Positions 26,523 through 36,642 of a stretch of DNA of 50,668 nt are shown here, one piece after another. This DNA comes from an uncultured Gammaproteobacteria bacterium. Lineage in GTDB: Bacteria > Patescibacteriota > Patescibacteriia > Patescibacteriales > UBA12465. The position numbers and the translations under genes were made by a program. The stretch is taken from assembly GCA_964466835.1 (NCBI GenBank), contig CAYXNV010000006.1:1-50668 (forward strand), in the 5' to 3' direction. Numbering within the stretch: the first letter of the stretch is position 1; the number at the start of each line of letters is the position of its first letter. The notes below the pieces were generated by a model that was not told the origin of the DNA, did not search any database, and saw only the letters and a list, made by a program, of their open reading frames with translations.

Positions 26523-27668
26523 ATGAAATTAAAAAAACTAGGGATTATATTATTACTAGCCCTATTTCTATTACCACTAACAGCTGTCCATGCTTTTGAT
26601 GCAAAAGCAGGCGACTCTATCTACGTAGCTAAAGATGAAATTGTAACTGGTAATTTATTTGCCACTGGTCAAACTATCACTATTGATGGCGTGGTTAGTG
26701 GTGACTTAATTGCGGCTGCTCAAAACATCAACATTAATGGTCGTGTGGATGGTGATATCATTGCCATGGTAGCTCAAAGTATTAATGTTAATGGTGAGGT
26801 TGGTGGTAATATCCGTGTAGCTGGTAATTCCATTATCCTTAACGGCTCAGTTGTTCGCAATGTAAATGCCTTTGGTTCTAATATTATTTTTGGAAACAAT
26901 GCTCGAATTGGTTGGGATGCCTTAGTGTTTGGTTCTAATGTTGAAGTCAGAGGCAATATTTCTGGCCGACTTGATGGCGCCTCTGAACAAGCTTTGATCT
27001 CTGGTAAATTGGGGAAAGATGTAAATATTAAAGTATCAAAAAAACTTTCTGATCGGGCTTTAATAATCGCACCAGAAGCAATTATTAATGGTGATGTTAT
27101 TTATACTAGTCGTAATGAAGCTAGAATTTCTGAACAAGCTAAAATTGGTGGATCAATTGAACAAAAACTACCTGGTGATAAAGAGGAAAATTGGTTCTTG
27201 AGTTGGATTTGGAAAAAATTATTTGCTATCTTCTCAACTCTAGTAGTCGGTCTAGTTCTGGTCTTTCTGTTGAAAAAAATTACCCCTAAAATCACACAAA
27301 CAATTGAAGAACAGCCCATAAAAACTATTTTACCTGGCTTAGTAATAATGCTTGTTGTGCCACCAGTTGCTATCTTACTTGCGTTCACATTAATCGGTAT
27401 TCCATTAGCTTTAATTATTAGTGCAATTTGGATAATTCTTATCTGTCTAGCTAAAATATTAACAGCTATTTTAGTTGGTAAATTATTAATAAAGAAAATC
27501 GGCAAAAAAGAAAATATTTCCCTTTTCTGGTCTCTGGCTTTGGGCGTTCTTGTTTGCTGGTTATTATTCTCCATTCCTTTTGTCGGCTGGATTCTATCAT
27601 TACTAGCAATCTGGTTCGGCTTAGGAGGAATTTGGTTATATGCTTCCAATCAATCCCGAAATATTTAA
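26523..27668 (+). CDS. Bactofilin-like beta-helix repeat membrane protein
   Basis: Signal peptide, repeated I.G.V.GD units, C-terminal TM bundle. Confidence 0.75.
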   Translation: MKLKKLGIILLLALFLLPLTAVHAFDAKAGDSIYVAKDEIVTGNLFATGQTITIDGVVSGDLIAAAQNININGRVDGDIIAMVAQSINVNGEVGGNIRVAGNSIILNGSVVRNVNAFGSNIIFGNNARIGWDALVFGSNVEVRGNISGRLDGASEQALISGKLGKDVNIKVSKKLSDRALIIAPEAIINGDVIYTSRNEARISEQAKIGGSIEQKLPGDKEENWFLSWIWKKLFAIFSTLVVGLVLVFLLKKITPKITQTIEEQPIKTILPGLVIMLVVPPVAILLAFTLIGIPLALIISAIWIILICLAKILTAILVGKLLIKKIGKKENISLFWSLALGVLVCWLLFSIPFVGWILSLLAIWFGLGGIWLYASNQSRNI

Positions 27669-29013
27669 AGCCTACGATATTCGTGGCATCTACGGTCAAG
27701 ATTATGATAACGAATTAGGTTATCTCCTGGGCTTAGCTTATGTTGAACTAAGAAAAAAAGATTCAGACTACTCAACCGACAAACAATTACAAATTGTGGT
27801 TGGTTGTGATATGCGTTTGTCATCCCCAGCTCTAAAAGAAAACTTAATTCGTGGATTAACTACAGCTGGAGCTAAAGTGATAGATATTGGTATGGTTTCT
27901 ACTCCCACTTTCTATTTCGCAGTTGGTAAATATAATTATGATGGTGGATTAATTGTTTCTGCTTCCCATAATCCTAAAGAATGGAATGGTTTTAAAATTG
28001 TTAGAGACAAAGGAAAGGCAGTTAGCCAAGAAACTGGAATAGAATTTCTAAAAGAAAAGGTGTTAGAAAATCGTTTTATCCCTGCTGAAACTCCCGGAGA
28101 AGTGATTATTAAGGAAAATATATTAGATGAAGAGATTGAACATGCTTTGAAGTATGTTGATCTTAGTAAAATAAAACCTTTCAAAATTGTTGCCGACGCT
28201 GCTAATAGCATGGGAGCACCTTATTTGGAAAAACTCTTTTTTAAAGCTCCAGGTAGGTTGATTGGTCTTAATTTTGAACTAGATGGAAATTTTCCTGCTC
28301 ACGAAGCTGATCCAATAAAGGAGGAAAATCTAGTTCAACTGAAAAATTCTGTGATTGCCCAACAAGCTCATCTAGGAATTGCCACTGATGGTGATGGCGA
28401 TCGAGTTTTCTTTATTGATAACCAAGGTAATCTTATCAACCCGGCTCTTATTCGAGGTTTGTTAGCAAAAATATTCCTCCGTGATAAACCAGGAGCTAAA
28501 ATTGGTTATGATGTTCGCCCTGGAAAGATAACCACTGATTTAATTGAAGAAAACGGAGGACAAGCAGTAATGACTAGGGTGGGTCATTCATTAATAAAAG
28601 ATCAGATGCTTAAAGAAGATATTTATTTTGCTGGCGAATCTTCTGGTCATTTTTTTCTTCAAACTGACATCGGTTGTTTCGAATATCCAACCATCATGAT
28701 CCTAAAATTATTGGAAGAATTTTCTACCTTAAAAGAAAGTGTGGCCGAATATGTTTCTCAATATAATAAATATTCTATCTCCGGCGAAATTAATCGTGAT
28801 GTAGAGGACAAAGAAGCAGTAATAAAAAGAATTGAAGAAAAATATAAAGACGGAAAAATACACAAACTTGATGGCATTAGTGTGGAATATGATAATTTCT
28901 GGTTCAACGTTCGTGGCTCCAATACTGAAAACAAAATTCGCTTAAATTTAGAAGCTGTTAGCAAAGAAGTGATGGAAGAAAAACGAGATGAAGTCTTAGA
29001 ATTGATAAAATAG
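27640..29013 (+). CDS. Phosphomannomutase/phosphoglucomutase
   Basis: FKAYDIRG, SASHNP, DGDGDR, GESSGH. Confidence 0.95.
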   Translation: MLPINPEIFKAYDIRGIYGQDYDNELGYLLGLAYVELRKKDSDYSTDKQLQIVVGCDMRLSSPALKENLIRGLTTAGAKVIDIGMVSTPTFYFAVGKYNYDGGLIVSASHNPKEWNGFKIVRDKGKAVSQETGIEFLKEKVLENRFIPAETPGEVIIKENILDEEIEHALKYVDLSKIKPFKIVADAANSMGAPYLEKLFFKAPGRLIGLNFELDGNFPAHEADPIKEENLVQLKNSVIAQQAHLGIATDGDGDRVFFIDNQGNLINPALIRGLLAKIFLRDKPGAKIGYDVRPGKITTDLIEENGGQAVMTRVGHSLIKDQMLKEDIYFAGESSGHFFLQTDIGCFEYPTIMILKLLEEFSTLKESVAEYVSQYNKYSISGEINRDVEDKEAVIKRIEEKYKDGKIHKLDGISVEYDNFWFNVRGSNTENKIRLNLEAVSKEVMEEKRDEVLELIK

Positions 29014-29065
29014 ATAAATAAAAAAAAGACTTTATTCTTAAATAAGTCTTTTTTTATTTTTTAAT

Positions 29066-29341
29066 TTATTTTCTTTCTACTTCAATTGTACATTTAGTCA
29101 TTAAAGCGGCTAAAGCACCGAGGGCGGCTAGAATTGGAGCAAAGACTGTCCCAATCACAGCAAAGGTCACGGGGACTTCCATCATCACTTTTCCTTTTTC
29201 ATTCTTAATGATAATTCGACGAACATTACCTTCCTTAATTAAAGCTTTTACTTTCTCTAAAAGCTCATGACCATAAACTTTAAATTGTTCAGTGGTTGGA
29301 CCAGTTTTCTTTTTGGTATTAGTTTTCTTTTTAGTAGGCAT
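29066..29341 (-). CDS. DUF4342-domain protein
   Basis: VKALIKEGNVRRIII, glycine/alanine-rich TM, CTIEVER. Confidence 0.8.
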   Translation of the reverse strand: MPTKKKTNTKKKTGPTTEQFKVYGHELLEKVKALIKEGNVRRIIIKNEKGKVMMEVPVTFAVIGTVFAPILAALGALAALMTKCTIEVERK

Positions 29342-29357
29342 AAATTTATTTGTTAAT

Positions 29358-29774
29358 TTATTTTTTTAATTTATTTTCCTGACGACGAGCATGATATAAC
29401 GCCTTGGATTTATTAGTAATAGCTAAAATAGTGAGAACAGCTACATAGGCAGACAAAACTGAACCTGGCAATTGATATGATTTCTCAAAAGAAAAATCTA
29501 AAATTATCAATGTGAATACCAAAACCGTCCAAACAACAACAAAGACTTCCCCCGGATGTTTTCCTCGATGATTATCATACCAGCGCTCAAATTCCTTATT
29601 ACCAACGTAAATCGCTAATACACTAATATAAACTATGGACAGGATATTTAAAATTTCTAAATGAGCATTATTAGCTAAAAAATCATAGATAATAGTGATA
29701 ATAAAAAAGACTGACCAGAAATTAATCAGATAACGCCAAAACTTAAAATCTACAGTGATAAAATTATTACTCAT
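29358..29774 (-). CDS. Four-TM hypothetical membrane protein
   Basis: Hydrophobic segments flanking KEFERW..GE; extended -10 just upstream. Confidence 0.75.
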   Translation of the reverse strand: MSNNFITVDFKFWRYLINFWSVFFIITIIYDFLANNAHLEILNILSIVYISVLAIYVGNKEFERWYDNHRGKHPGEVFVVVWTVLVFTLIILDFSFEKSYQLPGSVLSAYVAVLTILAITNKSKALYHARRQENKLKK

Positions 29775-29883
29775 ATACTATTATTATAGCAAATATAAGG
29801 ATAAATTCCTCCCCCCTTTACAAAATAACAAAAGTGTGTTATTATAGATAATTAAATAAAAACGTTCTTTAAAAAATAGAAAC

Positions 29884-31008
29884 ATGAAGAAAATTAGTAA
29901 AATTATTATTAACATTGTTTGGGCTATTTTTAATCCCCAAAAAATAGAACGTCTAAAGAACCGTTCGGTTTCATTGGACGAGCTTCCCACCTCCTATTTT
30001 GAGGCGGATAATAATGGCCAAATAATTTATGCCAATCAGGCAGCTCTAAAAGAATTTGGCTACGAAACCACTAAAAGTCTTACTATCTTTGATTTCATTC
30101 ATCATGACGAACTTGAAGAGGTGAAACAAATATTCCAAGAGATTAAAGAGGGGCGCCCTCCTGAGCTCGGCGCAAGAAGATTGTTAACAAGAGCTAATGG
30201 GACAAATTTTCCTGGAATTCTTTTTTTATCTTCATTAGCTGTTAATAAAAAACTTAAGAAGATAAAAGGAGTAATAATTAATCATACTGAGCAAGAAAAA
30301 TTGGAAAACAAATTAAAAGAAATAAATGAAAAAAAAGACAAAATGTTTTCCATTGTTGCCCATGATTTAAGAAGCCCTTTTAATTCTATTCTAGGATTAT
30401 CAGACGTTTTGTGTGATGACCTTTCTGAGATGTCCACCGATGAAGTACAAAAAATTGCTAGAACGATCAAAGAGGCTGCTAAAACAACCCATGAATTCCT
30501 AGAAAATCTTCTTGAATGGGCTCGTCTACAAATGAATACAACAAAAATTGACACCATGAAGCTTGATTTACAAAAAGAAGTAAATAATATTATCAGCTTA
30601 TATGGAGCTCAGGCCCAAAAAAAAGGAGTTGTTTTGAAAAACAATATTTTTCAAACCAAAGTTTTAGCAGACACTTCAATGTTGCAGACAATTCTTAGAA
30701 ATCTAATCGCTAATGCCATAAAATTTACTAACCCTGGTGGAGAGGTGAAGATTATGGCTCTTCCTAATAATAAAATGGTTGAAGTGATGGTTATTGACAA
30801 TGGCATTGGAATAACGCCAGAAAATCAAAAAAAATTATTCCAAATCGGAGAAGATATATCAACTCCTGGTACTGCCGAAGAATCTGGGACTGGCCTTGGT
30901 CTGTTAATTTGTAAAGATATGGTCGAAAAACAGGGTGGAACAATTCGAGTTGAGACTAAGCCAAAAGAAGGTAGTAAATTTATTTTTACTCTACCACTTG
31001 CAAACTAA
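29884..31008 (+). CDS. PAS-domain sensor histidine kinase (orphan)
   Basis: PAS (IIYAN, FIH), AHDLRSP, NLIANAIKF, DNGIG, GTGLGL. Confidence 0.92.
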   Translation: MKKISKIIINIVWAIFNPQKIERLKNRSVSLDELPTSYFEADNNGQIIYANQAALKEFGYETTKSLTIFDFIHHDELEEVKQIFQEIKEGRPPELGARRLLTRANGTNFPGILFLSSLAVNKKLKKIKGVIINHTEQEKLENKLKEINEKKDKMFSIVAHDLRSPFNSILGLSDVLCDDLSEMSTDEVQKIARTIKEAAKTTHEFLENLLEWARLQMNTTKIDTMKLDLQKEVNNIISLYGAQAQKKGVVLKNNIFQTKVLADTSMLQTILRNLIANAIKFTNPGGEVKIMALPNNKMVEVMVIDNGIGITPENQKKLFQIGEDISTPGTAEESGTGLGLLICKDMVEKQGGTIRVETKPKEGSKFIFTLPLAN

Positions 31009-31082
31009 CGTTCATTCGTAAAAAATCTAAGGGATCCAATTTAGGATCCCTTTTTCTTTTATCTTATTATTTATAACGTTAC

Positions 31083-32753
31083 TTATAGATAAGCTTCCTG
31101 AGCATATTGTTGGACAACTCTTTCAGTGTTAAAGAAAGAAGCGTTAACACCAATTACAAAGCGCATTGCTTCTCGCCATTTCTCTGGGGTTTGATAATAT
31201 CTTGGCAAAATTTCCTTTTCTAACAAATCATATAAACTTTTAGCATCTCGTTTATTAATATCACCAATTGTTTTTGATTCCTTGTCTCCTCTAATTGTCC
31301 AGCCAGTTCTATTTCTAATATAGCCTTCTCGCCACCAACCATCAAAGGTACTAAAATGCAAGACACCGTTATGGGCGGCTTTCATCCCGCTAGTGCCAGA
31401 GGCTTCATTGGGTGGTAGTGGAGTATTAAGCCAAATATCAACTCCAGCCACCATTAACTTAGCTAAATCTAATTCATAATCCTCTAAAAAAATAATCTTA
31501 ATTTCCTTTTTATACTGCTCTTTAATTTTATGAACATACTCAATTAATTTTTTACCACCTTCATCATGAGGATGAGCTTTGCCAGCATAAATTATTTGCA
31601 TCTTGCCCACCTTTTTATGGATTTTCAAAAGTCTTTTTATGTTCATAAATAACAACTCTGGTCTTTTATAGGAAGTAAAACGACGGGCAAAGCCAATTGT
31701 GAAAACATTTTCCTGTAATTTCACGTTATATCTCTTCTCTATATAATTAAATAATTGTTTTTTAGCTTTTTTATGTGCTTCCCAAATCTCAGGGAGAGGG
31801 ATAATAAAAGCATTGCGAAGAGACAGACTAGAATTTCGCCAATTAGGGATATGTTTATCATACAACTTCTGGAACTCTGGCGAAGTCCAAGTGGTAGAGT
31901 GAACACCATTGGTAACAGCGTGAATAATATGACTGGGGAACATTTTGCTAGAAACCTTTTTATGACTTAAAGCAACTCCGTTTACATACTCACTAAAATA
32001 AAGAGCTAATTTGGTCATGTTCACAGTGTTGTTATTTACTAGACCTGATAAATTACTTGGGAAATCTGGTTGATATTTTAACATTAGAGATAACGGGAAA
32101 ATGTCATGAGCCATTTTAACTGGAGTGTGAGTGGTAAAAATACAACTTTCTCTTACCTCTTTAACCTTGGCTTGATCAGTTTTTTTAACACAATTTAAAA
32201 ACAGTTCAATTGTTGCTAAACTGCCATGACCCTCATTAATATGAAATTTATCAATATTTTTATAGCCCAAAGCTTTAACTAATTTTATTCCTCCCCTGCC
32301 TAAAATTATTTCTTGCATTAATCTATATTCTTTATCGCCTCCATAAAGTTGGCCCGTAAGATTACGATACTTTCGATCATTGCCATTAACATTTGTGTCC
32401 AGAAGATAAATTGGAATCTCAAAGTTATCTTTATTTTTAAGTAAATACCGCCAAACATTAACTTTCACTTTATCTTTCCCAATATTAACAGAAATATTTT
32501 CTGATAATTTTTTTAATTTAGAAAAATTATAATCTGGAGCTGGATATTCTTGTTGAGAGCCCTCGCTTATTTTTTGCTCAAAATAACCTTGATCATTTAA
32601 TAAGGTTATTCCAATCATTGGCAACCTTAAATCAGCGGCTGACTTAAGAATATCACCAGCCAAAACTCCTAAGCCTCCGGCATAGGTTTTAATATCATTC
32701 TCTAAAGCAATCTCCATACTAAAATAGGCGATTTTAAATTCGTGTTTTTCCAT
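31083..32753 (-). CDS. glgP: Alpha-glucan phosphorylase
   Basis: YFSME, GGLGVLAGD, NEGH, ARRFTSYKR, EASGTSGMK. Confidence 0.95.
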   Translation of the reverse strand: MEKHEFKIAYFSMEIALENDIKTYAGGLGVLAGDILKSAADLRLPMIGITLLNDQGYFEQKISEGSQQEYPAPDYNFSKLKKLSENISVNIGKDKVKVNVWRYLLKNKDNFEIPIYLLDTNVNGNDRKYRNLTGQLYGGDKEYRLMQEIILGRGGIKLVKALGYKNIDKFHINEGHGSLATIELFLNCVKKTDQAKVKEVRESCIFTTHTPVKMAHDIFPLSLMLKYQPDFPSNLSGLVNNNTVNMTKLALYFSEYVNGVALSHKKVSSKMFPSHIIHAVTNGVHSTTWTSPEFQKLYDKHIPNWRNSSLSLRNAFIIPLPEIWEAHKKAKKQLFNYIEKRYNVKLQENVFTIGFARRFTSYKRPELLFMNIKRLLKIHKKVGKMQIIYAGKAHPHDEGGKKLIEYVHKIKEQYKKEIKIIFLEDYELDLAKLMVAGVDIWLNTPLPPNEASGTSGMKAAHNGVLHFSTFDGWWREGYIRNRTGWTIRGDKESKTIGDINKRDAKSLYDLLEKEILPRYYQTPEKWREAMRFVIGVNASFFNTERVVQQYAQEAYL

Positions 32754-32762
32754 AATTATAAA

Positions 32763-33758
32763 TTAAAATATAGCGAATAATTTCCCAATGAATAATAGAT
32801 ATAACATTAGATACATTGCGCCTTCCCAAAGATATATTTTTTTCGATATACCAGAGATAATAAATAAGATAGTAGCGAAAGCCATGGCTGGGACACCAAT
32901 AGAAAAAGTTTTTTCATCAACTTCTAAATCTTTAAATATACCAGGAATTCCAATTACTATTAGAGCGTTAAAAACATTAGAGCCAAATATTGTTCCTAGA
33001 GCAATTTCAGCCTTCCTTCTCATGGCTGCTTTAACAGAAACTATTAACTCTGGTAAAGAGGTGCCAAAGGCCACTGCTGATATGGCAATAACTCCAGCGG
33101 CAACATTTAAAATAATTGATAATTGGATTACTGCTTCAATTAAATATTTAGCACCAAAGACCAAACAAAACACTCCAATAATTAACATTAAAACATCCCT
33201 AAAGACAATTTTTGGTATAGGAATTTTATTTTTTATTTTAACTGGAACATGTTTGCGTCGTTCCTGACGAGAAGGTAAAAAAGCAGCTGGGTGTTCAAAT
33301 CCCTCTTCTTCTCTGTGGAAAATAGTGTAGAGGAGATAAATTACATAAGAAACTAACAACAATAAAGATTCAATCATTGTCACTTGTCTATCCCAAACAA
33401 TCCCTAAAAGCATTACTGTGCTAATAGCTAAAAGCGGCAAATCAATATCAATTAAATTCTTAGTTACCACTAACCTTCGACCAAATATAGCTGAAAAACC
33501 AACAATCAAAAGAACATTGGCAATATTAGAACCAATTGCATTTGCGGTTACAATATCAGTTGCTCCCCTGAAAACAGCTGTTAAAGAAGAAACTACCTCA
33601 GGGAAAGAGGTGCCGATACCAACAATAATCACTCCCACGACAAAAGGAGATAATCCGGCCGCCAAACCAATTCTTTCTGAACTAGTCAACATCCAATCCG
33701 CCCCCTTAATTAAAACTGCTAGAGAAACAATAAAAACTAAAATCCAAACTATAAGCAT
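32763..33758 (-). CDS. Ca2+/Na+ antiporter (YrbG/CaCA family)
   Basis: Two alpha repeats GTS(F/L)PE...GSN. Confidence 0.93.
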   Translation of the reverse strand: MLIVWILVFIVSLAVLIKGADWMLTSSERIGLAAGLSPFVVGVIIVGIGTSFPEVVSSLTAVFRGATDIVTANAIGSNIANVLLIVGFSAIFGRRLVVTKNLIDIDLPLLAISTVMLLGIVWDRQVTMIESLLLLVSYVIYLLYTIFHREEEGFEHPAAFLPSRQERRKHVPVKIKNKIPIPKIVFRDVLMLIIGVFCLVFGAKYLIEAVIQLSIILNVAAGVIAISAVAFGTSLPELIVSVKAAMRRKAEIALGTIFGSNVFNALIVIGIPGIFKDLEVDEKTFSIGVPAMAFATILFIISGISKKIYLWEGAMYLMLYLLFIGKLFAIF

Positions 33759-33826
33759 ATATTTATCTTTAGGTAATTATAGTTTAATAATAACAAAAAA
33801 CCGTCCCAATTGGAACGGTTTAATAT

Positions 33827-34588
33827 TTATTCAAAATCCAGATATAAAGCTAGGTGATCAGAAACTTCATCCGGCAAAACCTTAAAATCATTTATTTTTA
33901 TGCCTGGCGAGGCAAAGACATAGTCGGCCATTTTTTCACTCCTATCATAATAACCGCTTCTGGTAGAGGTTATATTATATTTCTCTATTAAATCGCGTCT
34001 CCCTTCTCTCACTATTTCAAGGCTCTGAGTATTGGGTAATAAATTAAAATCTCCGCCCAACACTGTATCATTCTCAATACCATCTAAGAATTTCTTTATG
34101 CTCTCAGACTGCTTTATTCTTTCATCAGTATCACCCTTCCCCTGCCCAGTCCAAATTCCATGAAAATTAGCGATGGTATATTTTTTATTATTACTATTAA
34201 AAGTGATGTATTGTAGATTCCTCCCCATAGTTTGGGCTCCAATGGTTTGTCCGTTCCTGCGTCCGTGCACAAAAACATCATCACATTCTTCAACTTTAAT
34301 AGATTTTTTAATAAAAATAGCTAAACCAAATGAATTGGCAAAATCAACCGGTCCTCTAATATCTACATTATCTTGGGTAGAGGCAAAATATCCTTGATAC
34401 TCGGATAAAACTCTTTCTAATTCCTGAAAAATATTTGTTCGAATGCCATTACTAATTTTCTTATCTGTATTAGTAGAAAAAACTTCTTGAAAACAGAAAA
34501 CATCAATCTCACTAGAATGTTTTTTAACAAATTCTATAAAAGGCTCATATAGTTTAGCCCCCCAAATGTTTAGATAGATTAATTTCAT
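33827..34588 (-). CDS. Endonuclease/exonuclease/phosphatase family protein
   Basis: LNIW, FQEV, GDFN, DYVF, SDH. Confidence 0.9.
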   Translation of the reverse strand: MKLIYLNIWGAKLYEPFIEFVKKHSSEIDVFCFQEVFSTNTDKKISNGIRTNIFQELERVLSEYQGYFASTQDNVDIRGPVDFANSFGLAIFIKKSIKVEECDDVFVHGRRNGQTIGAQTMGRNLQYITFNSNNKKYTIANFHGIWTGQGKGDTDERIKQSESIKKFLDGIENDTVLGGDFNLLPNTQSLEIVREGRRDLIEKYNITSTRSGYYDRSEKMADYVFASPGIKINDFKVLPDEVSDHLALYLDFE

Positions 34589-34593
34589 AATAT

Positions 34594-35040
34594 TTATAGT
34601 AAACCTATATTCTTGACACTGTCCAAATTCTTGCCATATCTTTTAATAAATTTAGAAATAAAAATTATCATTTCTTCCTTTGCTTCAGGAGGGCTCTCTG
34701 CTACCCAAACTGCCAATCTATATAGTTCCATTTCATCAACAACTAACCAAGCCTTATTGAGATAAAAAAATATTAATAAGGTTGTCATTGCAATTCTTTT
34801 GTTACCATTTTGGAATGGGTGGTTTTTAATTAATAAATAAAACAATATGGCTGCTTTAGCAATAAATCCTTTATAGAGCTCCCTTCCACCATATCGTTGG
34901 AATGGAGTATTAATACAACTTTCTAAAATATTTGGATATCTCGTACTAAACTCCGGTATAGGCTCATCCCAATTCATAGTTTGGGTAGCTAAAACATGGG
35001 CAATATTTTTTACAATTTTAACAGATATATTTTTGGTCAT
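34594..35040 (-). CDS. Doc-type Fic-family toxin
   Basis: HPFQNGNKRIA (GNKR, Doc-like). Confidence 0.88.
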   Translation of the reverse strand: MTKNISVKIVKNIAHVLATQTMNWDEPIPEFSTRYPNILESCINTPFQRYGGRELYKGFIAKAAILFYLLIKNHPFQNGNKRIAMTTLLIFFYLNKAWLVVDEMELYRLAVWVAESPPEAKEEMIIFISKFIKRYGKNLDSVKNIGLL

Positions 35041-35044
35041 ATAA

Positions 35045-35311
35045 TTATTCTTTTCCCAGTCTTTTTAGCGTTTCGCCATATTCACTAATTACTTTGTTTA
35101 CGCCTTTCTCAATTTCTTTTTTTAGCTTATCTGTTAACTCTTCATTAGCTGTTTCACCAAGTTCACTTTTAGGAATTATATAATTTCTTCCAATCTTTTC
35201 ACCTTTAATCTGACCATTCTTAATTTTTTTAAAAATAGTCACCCTACTAACACCTAATCTATCAGCTAATTCCTTAACTGATAAATAATCTTTAATATTA
35301 TCTTGTTTCAT
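35045..35311 (-). CDS. HTH_17 protein, probable antitoxin of the Doc toxin
   Basis: YLSVKELADRLGVSRVTI HTH; tail EYGETLKRLG; 4 nt upstream of doc. Confidence 0.75.
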   Translation of the reverse strand: MKQDNIKDYLSVKELADRLGVSRVTIFKKIKNGQIKGEKIGRNYIIPKSELGETANEELTDKLKKEIEKGVNKVISEYGETLKRLGKE

Positions 35312-35334
35312 ATTTTTGTTAACTTTATATTCAT

Positions 35335-35372
35335 ATATTAACATATGTTAACTATTATGTAAATAGTTAACA
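35335..35372 (-). promoter_or_regulatory. Promoter/operator of the HTH-doc module
   Basis: TTTACA-17bp-TAATAT overlapped by inverted repeat TGTTAACTATT-5-AATAGTTAACA (35346-35372). Confidence 0.7.
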
Positions 35373-35403
35373 AAAAATATCACTAATATTAGTGATATTT
35401 TTT
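35372..35403 (-). terminator. Palindromic terminator
   Basis: AAAAAATATCACTAATATTAGTGATATTTTTT. Confidence 0.7.
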
Positions 35404-35432
35404 AAAATTCCTTTGAAAACATTAAAATTATT

Positions 35433-35606
35433 TTATTCCTTCCCTTTCGAAATTAAAGCTGTTACTACAAGTCCTAATCCTAGCCCTAATAATAGACAAG
35501 CGACGAATGCAAAGGGATTACTGGGCATGAAGAAAAACCCTGCACCAATACCCATTAAAAGGCCTCCACCTGTTGCCCAATCACTTTTATCTTGTTTTTT
35601 AGTCAT
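35433..35606 (-). CDS. 57-aa glycine-rich two-TM protein (absent from the ORF track)
   Basis: MTKKQDKSDWATGGGLLMGIGAGFFFMPSNPFAFVACLLLGLGLGLVVTALISKGKE; co-oriented with the upstream gene and followed by a terminator. Confidence 0.75.
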   Translation of the reverse strand: MTKKQDKSDWATGGGLLMGIGAGFFFMPSNPFAFVACLLLGLGLGLVVTALISKGKE

Positions 35607-35628
35607 AATATTAAAATTAATAATAAAT

Positions 35629-36510
35629 TTATTTTCTACCTTTTATTATAGAATGTTCAAAAACATACATCGCGTCTTCATCGCCATATTTCTTCTTCAT
35701 CTTATTGAAAAAATTTAAAACTGGTTTAGCAAGAACATGATCTATTTTTTGATCTTTAACAACTTCATTAAATATATCCATGTCTTTTGCCATATATTTG
35801 AGATAAAAGCCCAGGGCAGGATGTTTCTCTTTTAAATTTCTTTTAATAGCATTGGATATAGCCTGATTATCTCCAGAGCTTTCAGATATTATTTTAATTG
35901 CCTTACGAAAATCTATCTTATTTTTTTTCATAACCAACAATCCTTGAGTGCTAGCTAATAAATTCATGGCGAAAAGAAAATTATTTAAAGACTTAACGTA
36001 CATACCTGAGCCAAAGGGGCCTAAGTGAACAATAATTTCTCCCATGGCCTTAAATATTGGTAGACATTTTTGAAAAGATTTTTTATCACCCCCAACCATA
36101 ATTGATAAAGTGCCTTTAATGGCTGCCTGTTGACCTCTAGATACTGGCGCATCCATCATAATAACACCTTTCTTCTTCAAACGTTTCATTATTTTAGTGG
36201 TTTCCACTGGATTAGATGTGCTCATATCAATTATAATTTGGTTTTTGGATAAACCTTGAGCTAACCCATTTTTGCCAAAAATTACATCGTTTGTTTCTTT
36301 GTGTGTAGGTAACATTAAAATAATAATCTCGCATTGTTCAGCTACTTGTTTGGGTGTTTGGGTAATACCTAAGCCCAGCTTCTTTAATTCATTTAAAACT
36401 TTCTTGGAACGATTATATCCAACAACTTGATAATTATTTTTGATTAAATTCTTGGCCATGTATTTGCCCATCATGCCAAGCCCAATAAATCCTATTTGTG
36501 TTTTTTTCAT
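35629..36510 (-). CDS. NAD(P)-dependent beta-hydroxyacid dehydrogenase (HIBADH family)
   Basis: GFIGLGMMG, IIDMST, DAPVSRG, KSLNN. Confidence 0.88.
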   Translation of the reverse strand: MKKTQIGFIGLGMMGKYMAKNLIKNNYQVVGYNRSKKVLNELKKLGLGITQTPKQVAEQCEIIILMLPTHKETNDVIFGKNGLAQGLSKNQIIIDMSTSNPVETTKIMKRLKKKGVIMMDAPVSRGQQAAIKGTLSIMVGGDKKSFQKCLPIFKAMGEIIVHLGPFGSGMYVKSLNNFLFAMNLLASTQGLLVMKKNKIDFRKAIKIISESSGDNQAISNAIKRNLKEKHPALGFYLKYMAKDMDIFNEVVKDQKIDHVLAKPVLNFFNKMKKKYGDEDAMYVFEHSIIKGRK

Positions 36511-36642
36511 AAAAATTGATTATTCTGTTAACTATTTTAGTATACCAAAAAATTACTTTGCAATGAAGTTGTTTTTCATATAAATCATAAGGGGAATAAA
36601 AAAGCCGGATATTTAAACCCGACTAAAATTTGATCTTTCCTG

